Shown here: positions 63,201-64,000 of the stretch, piece after piece
Layout: every line of letters begins with the position of its first letter
How positions within the stretch are numbered: the first letter of the stretch is position 1
Position numbers and translations under genes: made by a program
NCBI GenBank assembly: GCA_963833865.1
Contig: CAWHZN010000012.1
Location: 6,241-70,240, forward strand
DNA length: 64,000 nt
Direction of reading: 5' to 3'
From: an uncultured Parachlamydiaceae bacterium
GTDB taxonomy: Bacteria > Chlamydiota > Chlamydiia > Chlamydiales > Parachlamydiaceae
The notes under the pieces: model-generated
The model's input: the letters and a program-made list of their open reading frames with translations, nothing else
What the model was told of the DNA's origin: nothing
Databases searched by the model: none

Positions 63201-64000
63201 GTTCTCAGAAACAAAAGGATTCTGCCCATTAACAAGGAAGCTGGTATCCGTTGCCGTGACGGTAATATTAGCGGTTGTATCGCTGCCAACCAAGTTCGTA
63301 TAGGTTCCAGAGATAACGCCTGTGGTGCTATTAATGCTCAAACCCGATGGTAATCCTGTGGCTGAGAAGGCAACCACATCTCCAGCGTTGTTGATATAGC
63401 TGCTTCCATTAAGGCTCACGCCCATGGCTGCACTGGTTGCGAGAGGGCCAAAGGCTATATCGCCATAATCTGTTTGAGTCCCAATGGCTGTTGGGCTCAG
63501 AAACAATGGATCGAGGTTAAGGGTAAAGCTCTCTGAAACAAAAGGATTCTGCCCATTAACAAGGAAGCTGGTATCCGTTGCCGTGACGGTAATATTAGCG
63601 GTTGTATCGCTGCCAACCAAGTTCGTATAGGTTCCAGAGATAACGCCTGTGGTGCTATTAATGCTCAAACCCGATGGTAATCCTGTGGCTGAGAAGGCAA
63701 CCACATCTCCAGCGTTGTTGATATAGCTGCTTCCATTAAGGCTCACGCCCATGGCTGCACTGGTTGCGAGAGGGCCAAAGGCTATATCGCCATAATCTGT
63801 TTGAGTCCCAATGGCTGTTGGGCTCAGAAACAATGGATCGAGGTTAAGGGTAAAGCTCTCTGAAACAAAAGGATTCTGCCCATTAACAAGGAAGCTGGTA
63901 TCCGTTGCCGTGACGGTAATATTAGCGGTTGTATCGCTGCCAACCAAGTTCGTATAGGTTCCAGAGATAACGCCGGTGGTGCTATTAATGCTCAAACCCG
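54277..64000 (-). CDS. Giant acidic repetitive surface protein/adhesin (Ig-like repeats + cadherin-like domain + 14 RCC1 repeats), likely T1SS substrate; 5' end lies outside the window; 1-nt deletion near 61807
   Basis: ORFs 61782-63995 and 54277-61791; FSATGLPSGLSINSTTGVISGT putative-Ig (He_PIG-like) motif; VNEDSSLTF...TGTDTLTYTISD; 14 x (V/I)xxWG.N..GQLG. Confidence 0.88.
57950..64000 (-). repeat. Tandem array of about 18 near-identical 327-bp (109-aa) units
   Basis: Unit PLFLSPTAIGTQTDYGDIAFGPLATSAAMG...NPFVSESFTLN(V/L)D recurs every 327 bp. Confidence 0.95.

Noticed and set aside
57950-64000. Repeat array as a CRISPR or non-coding repeat; small + strand ORFs (MRADSCWAQK...)
   Set aside because: Units are 327 bp, in frame and without unique spacers; the + strand ORFs are antisense shadows of the repeat

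Overview
AT-rich bacterial window, probably from an intracellular or protist-associated alphaproteobacterium (Holosporales/Rickettsiales-like). This is inferred from a Rickettsia-palindromic-element-like repeat, LuxR solos and many signal-peptide proteins with eukaryote-like repeats. 1-17.3 kb holds an ABC-transporter-dependent (Wzm/Wzt) rhamnose-containing surface polysaccharide locus. 17.4-30 kb holds a GST, a secreted ankyrin protein, a LuxR solo, a PrtD/PrtE-type type I secretion pair, an EamA transporter and a LuxR-TM-NB-ARC-TPR protein. The main finding is at 30.3-37.7 kb (minus strand): a microcin-J25-type lasso peptide cluster. It has two 42-aa precursor genes missing from the ORF track (cores GLVMGRRPEGWMTGFWPFK and GYPGKSYEGALHRYNPI), a hairpin, a fused B protein, a cyclase, an unexpected overlapping Lon-like AAA+/Sel1-repeat gene and an ABC exporter. 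38-50 kb holds an IS200-family element with an inverted partial copy and several secreted or accessory genes, including an LRR/2OG-Fe(II) oxygenase fusion. 50.5-64 kb holds a second (LapB/LssB-type) T1SS converging on a giant acidic protein with about 18 near-identical 109-aa Ig-like repeats and 14 RCC1 repeats, which runs off the window end. Many genes are split by 1-nt frameshifts, most likely uncorrected sequencing indels.
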